A stretch of DNA of 63,356 nucleotides, filler included, from Octopus bimaculoides (lineage: Eukaryota): the NCBI RefSeq assembly GCF_001194135.2. It is 4 parts of 4 records of this genome, joined end to end, with 100 filler letters (N's around TTAATTAATTAA, not from the genome) between each part and the next. Parts side by side here need not be neighbours in the genome. Positions count along the whole stretch, not along the records: positions 44,635 to 63,356 come from NC_068991.1; 3 more parts are not named here. One strand, given 5' to 3'. The notes under the pieces are model-generated. The model made no database searches and had not been told where the DNA came from. It was given only the letters and a program-made list of their open reading frames with translations. Made by a program: the position numbers and the translations under genes. Positions 59,130 through 63,356 of the stretch are shown here, piece by piece; position 1 is the stretch's first letter, and every line of letters begins with the position of its first letter.

Positions 59130-61330
59130 CAGGGGTCACCAAACTTTTTTGATGGTGGGCCAGATATAGTTAAAAGAATGCCAAGCGCGGGCCGGATAAA
59201 TATTTTGTTCAATTCAGTACAATATAGAATACACTGATTGTACACAAAATCAATACATAAAATACACAAAATAATAAAAACAATAAGCATATTTTAATAA
59301 TGCCAAAATATTGCCAAGTTAGGATTTTTAGAATAAGTGCGCACATAGCTGAATTGCATAAAAAGTAAGCAGCACAAAAGTTAATGAGATTTGTGAAACT
59401 GGCGTTTTGCTTCCAAAATATCATCAACATTTGCTTCATGATTCCTGCAGCCAACCATAAGAATTGTTTTCAAATGTTCGTCAGTGAGCCTTGTTCGATG
59501 TATTGACTTCACACACTTCATTTTTGAAAAAGTTTGCTCACAAACATAAGTTGTTCCAAAAAACTGATGCCATGCCTGAGGCAAATTTTTTCAATTTTGA
59601 AAATTTATCAGCAGGCAAGCAGTGATAAAATTCAATGAGTTTTCCTTCTCTGTGCTTCTCTTTCAACAAGGTATTAGATTGCAAGTCAATAAGCTCCAGT
59701 TGTAGTTCAGTTGGCATATTATCAAGATTATAGCCAAAAGGATTCTCAAACAAAAGAATTTCATTCTCAATTCTGTCAAGATCTGAAAATCTTTGAGAAA
59801 AATGCTTATTTACGTCCTGAATAATTTTTTTATGTAACTTGAGGTTAACATGTTCCACATTTTCTGTGCAAAACTCTTGAAAGCACTGAAAATGAGAGAA
59901 GTTTCCTCCTTCAAGTTGTGCTTCAAACAATGATAGCTTTCTCCGAAATGTTGTAATAATTCTGTAGAGATCACAGACAAGGTTATTCTTTCCTTGCAGT
60001 TTTAAATTCATTTCATTCGTATGAGAAGTAACGTCAACTNNNNNNNNNNNNNNNNNNNNNNNNNNNNNNNNNNNNNNNNNNNNNNNNNNNNNNNNNNNNN
60101 NNNNNNNNNNNNNNNNNNNNNNNNNNNNNNNNNNNNNNNNNNNNNNNNNNNNNNNNNNNNNNNNNNNNNNNNNNNNNNNNNNNNNNNNNNNNNNNNNNNN
60201 NNNNNNNNNNNNNNNNNNNNNNNNNNNNNNNNNNNNNNNNNNNNNNNNNNNNNNNNNNNNNNNNNNNNNNNNNNNNNNNNNNNNNNNNNNNNNNNNNNNN
60301 NNNNNNNNNNNNNNNNNNNNNNNNNNNNNNNNNNNNNNNNNNNNNNNNNNNNNNNNNNNNNNNNNNNNNNNNNNNNNNNNNNNNNNNNNNNNNNNNNNNN
60401 NNNNNNNNNNNNNNNNNNNNNNNNNNNNNNNNNNNNNNNNNNNNNNNNNNNNNNNNNNNNNNNNNNNNNNNNNNNNNNNNNNNNNNNNNNNNNNNNNNNN
60501 NNNNNNNNNNNNNNNNNNNNNNNNNNNNNNNNNNNNNNNNNNNNNNNNNNNNNNNNNNNNNNNNNNNNNNNNNNNNNNNNNNNNNNNNNNNNNNNNNNNN
60601 NNNNNNNNNNNNNNNNNNNNNNNNNNNNNNNNNNNNNNNNNNNNNNNNNNNNNNNNNNNNNNNNNNNNNNNNNNNNNNNNNNNNNNNNNNNNNNNNNNNN
60701 NNNNNNNNNNNNNNNNNNNNNNNNNNNNNNNNNNNNNNNNNNNNNNNNATATACCTGTAACTGTATATTCTCTCCAATTTCTTTTATTGTCCGCACAACT
60801 GAACTTGCTGAAAAGCTGATACAGCCAAACATGTTAGCTTTTTCACGACACAAGTCATTTGCTGCTTCCATCATGCACTCTTTTATAAAGTTTCCATCAG
60901 TAAATGGTTTTCATCGCTCTGCCAACTTATTCACTACTTTGCAACTTACACGAGTGATAGATTCATTTTCAACAAACTTTTTCGTAAAGAAATTCCTTTG
61001 AGATTCTAAACTATGTTTCATAGATTCAAATTTCTCGGACCGCTATTTTTCAGAATATTTAGAATGTGTTGAGAGATGTTTTGCTTCGTAGCGACGACGA
61101 ATATTGTACTCTTTCATAACAGCAACACTTTCGTTGCATATCAGGCAACTAGCTTTCTGGTCGTTTGTATCCCCAAAGAAGTACTTTTCTCCCCATTCTT
61201 TATTGAAAATGCGACATTCATCATCAACCTTTCTCTTCTTAGTAGCCATAATGATGGGTGAAGAAAAAACAAAAGCAGTCTTAGGCCTCGGCGTCAGATA
61301 TTCTCGTTTTAATTGTAATCACTAATAACT
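59130..61330 (-). mobile_element. hAT DNA transposon (Charlie/Buster group, GTF2IRD2-like transposase); middle in an assembly gap
   Basis: TIR caggggtcaccaaactttttt at 59130, flanked by atttaatt (central TA). N-terminus MATKKRKVDDECRIFNKEW..KYFF...CLICNESVAVMKEYNIRR.YEAKH (zinc finger). C-terminus FENPF..., TTYVCEQTFSKMKCVKSIHRTRLTDEHL (dimerization domain). The other TIR was not found. Confidence 0.9.
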
Positions 61331-61389
61331 GACTAGCCCGAGGCACACGTGAGGCACTGTAGTATTTATTATGGCGCGTGAAATACATA

Positions 61390-61450
61390 CAAGGCGGTAC
61401 CCCCGCATGGCTACAGTGTAATGACTGAAAAAAGTAAAAGATAAAAGATA
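61390..61450 (+). mobile_element. SINE B / RTE 3' tail stub
   Basis: aggcggtacccccgcatggctacagtgtaatgactgaaaaaagtaaaagataaaagata. Confidence 0.75.
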
Positions 61451-62339
61451 TATCTTCAGCGGACGTTTGTTTATTTTCCCTTGTTTCCCCTTTTACTGTT
61501 ATGGAAACTGGCTTATTCCAAAGATTGTACTATTGCAATTTGTTTCTTTACTCTACTGAATCTCAATTCCGAACTAATCTTTCTGTCAGACCAATAATTT
61601 AACCTACCAGAACTGTTCCTATTATGTTTGCGTTCGAAGTCAAGAGTTCAGGGTGTAATATTGCAAGCTATGAAGTTCATGTCTACATCAAAGAGACATA
61701 AACAACCTCATGCAGAACAAAGTGATGACTTCTCTTTTCCTCTTACACTTCTTCCTCCTCTGTTTTCTTCCTTGTCTTCGTCTTTCTTGAAGTCTTCCTT
61801 CTATTCTCCCTCTTCTTCTTGCACCCTCTCCTTTATATCATCATTTTCATCTCCTCTCCTGTTTTCCTTCTTTTTTTCCTATTTTCCTTTTCCCCTCAGT
61901 TATGTACCTTCACTTTCAATGATTTCTTCTTTTCACTTTTCCACTAAAATAGTGAATGATCTTTCTCAAAGATATGTAACCTACTACAAATGTTGGAAAT
62001 CAATATTTAGATGTATTTCAATATGATAGAGGTAATTATTAATATGTATGATATATAATTGCTTATAATTGTATAAATTTTAACTATCTTCTCCTTCCAC
62101 GTTACGAATTTAACGTTCTTTTCAGTTCCCTTTCTTGGGTCGCTAAAATAACGTATCAAAGTCAACTGATTTGACTGAAAACGTTCCCCAACAAAATTTC
62201 ATCTCAAATTTATTTAAGCTATCAAAATTCAAGAGCCAACGAATAAAGCATTATAGAATCTCTCAAGCTGCTAGAAATAATGATCAAATGTCCCCAAATC
62301 ACGCACTATCAGCAAATAAAAAGGAAGGATTCATTGGAT

Positions 62340-62760
62340 ACAGTTCTAGATCAATAAAAAGGGGATGATCAATGGTTGAACACTTTTCATCGTAGGCCTA
62401 CTCCAACAGATGTGACGAGCAACATCAACATTGAGATTCTTCTAAGTTCAAGTATGGTTGTATAATTAAGAAACACTCGATCAAGGTTGTAAAGATATGA
62501 AATGCGTTATGTTTCACCTTCTACTCCACTGTACAGCACCTTGAGAAAGTGTCTTCTTCCATGGTCGCGGCTCGTCAAAAGCATTGTGAGTGAATTTCGG
62601 TAGACGGTAAAATGCGTAGAAATCCATCGAAGAGACTGCGTTCTTGTTCGGTTTAACCTCTCCATATGGGCCTTAGATGCTATTAGAACAGTTCGTTCTT
62701 TTGCAAGCATTCTGACCAAGTATCTGATTTGGCTCTAGCTCACTTCCTTCTTTTTACCAA
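62340..62760 (-). other. Possible decayed Helitron Rep fragment
   Basis: A single motif, KPNKNAVSSMDFYAFYRL, resembles Helitron KKVSAM.FYAYRL. Flanking similarity is weak. Confidence 0.25.
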
Positions 62761-63356
62761 TGACGGAGGCCCTGAAAATTATCAAAGTTCTCTAAATCGT
62801 TAAAACTAACTTCTGACTCTTAGTAACTAAAAAGCCGTAATGTACTTGATTGGCTAATTAATAGGGCTATCGCAGTCTTTCTTGAAAGAGGTAGCTTTGT
62901 GTGAAATGGTCTCGCTCACAGTCGTTTTGATGTAGTTTTACTGTCCCTAAATATCTGTAATGTACGAATATACAGTCTGAACTTTAAAAGTACTAAGTCA
63001 AAGATGAAAATGTTTTGCATCTTCTCTTTACTCGTTATCTCCTACTTCTGAGTGTAGCGTTCAGATGAGTGGGTGGATAGGGTGGATGGATAAGTGGTTA
63101 TTTGCTTATGGATGAATGAAAATAGATTTTCGTCTCAGCAGTTAGTACGAAGCCCAATTAACACGAATTAGACAGACACAACATGCTTTTCCAGAAAAAA
63201 AAGTAAATCTAAATATATACAGGCTTAATAACTTGCTAGCATAATCAGTAGTCTATATGGTTTCTCGGAGAAGCGTGGCGCTTCAGATTTACAGAAAAGA
63301 CATGCATTTATACGTTCTTCTCCAACCCCAAAAGAATTATATATATATATATATAT

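Noticed and set aside
1-63356. CRISPR arrays, operons or rRNA genes
   Set aside because: None seen. The regularly spaced repeats are SINE copies, minisatellites or terminal direct repeats in a eukaryotic context.

Overview
AT-rich, microsatellite-dense, gappy eukaryotic (animal) DNA. The tRNA-derived SINE families and LINE complement suggest an octopus or other coleoid cephalopod (inference). No host protein-coding gene is confidently supported, and almost all ORFs in the supplied track are microsatellite or N-gap artefacts. The window is mostly decayed mobile elements: CR1/Jockey-group, RTE, Tx1/L1 and RLE-type LINE fragments; three to five Penelope-like elements (PLEs, Naiad/Chlamys-type RT); a complete DD41D (rosa-type) Tc1/mariner; a hAT (Charlie/Buster group); a Tigger fragment; MITEs; and more than 20 SINE copies or fragments, including a head-to-tail array. 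The most interesting signal is at the RNA level. A set of minimal type I hammerhead ribozyme (HHR) motifs, CUGANGA ... GAAAC-palindrome-GUH, occurs at 8.8 kb (intact core), 15.1 kb, 23.5 kb and twice head-to-head inside a 370-bp fold-back at 28.7-29.1 kb. Two sequence-unrelated ~310-bp units (33.8-34.2 kb and 41.0-41.4 kb) each have terminal direct repeats and a tRNA-like cloverleaf on top of a long helix flanked by HHR-core remnants. These look like retrozyme-like elements with a tRNA capping HHR stem II. All structures were folded by eye and need computational and biochemical confirmation.
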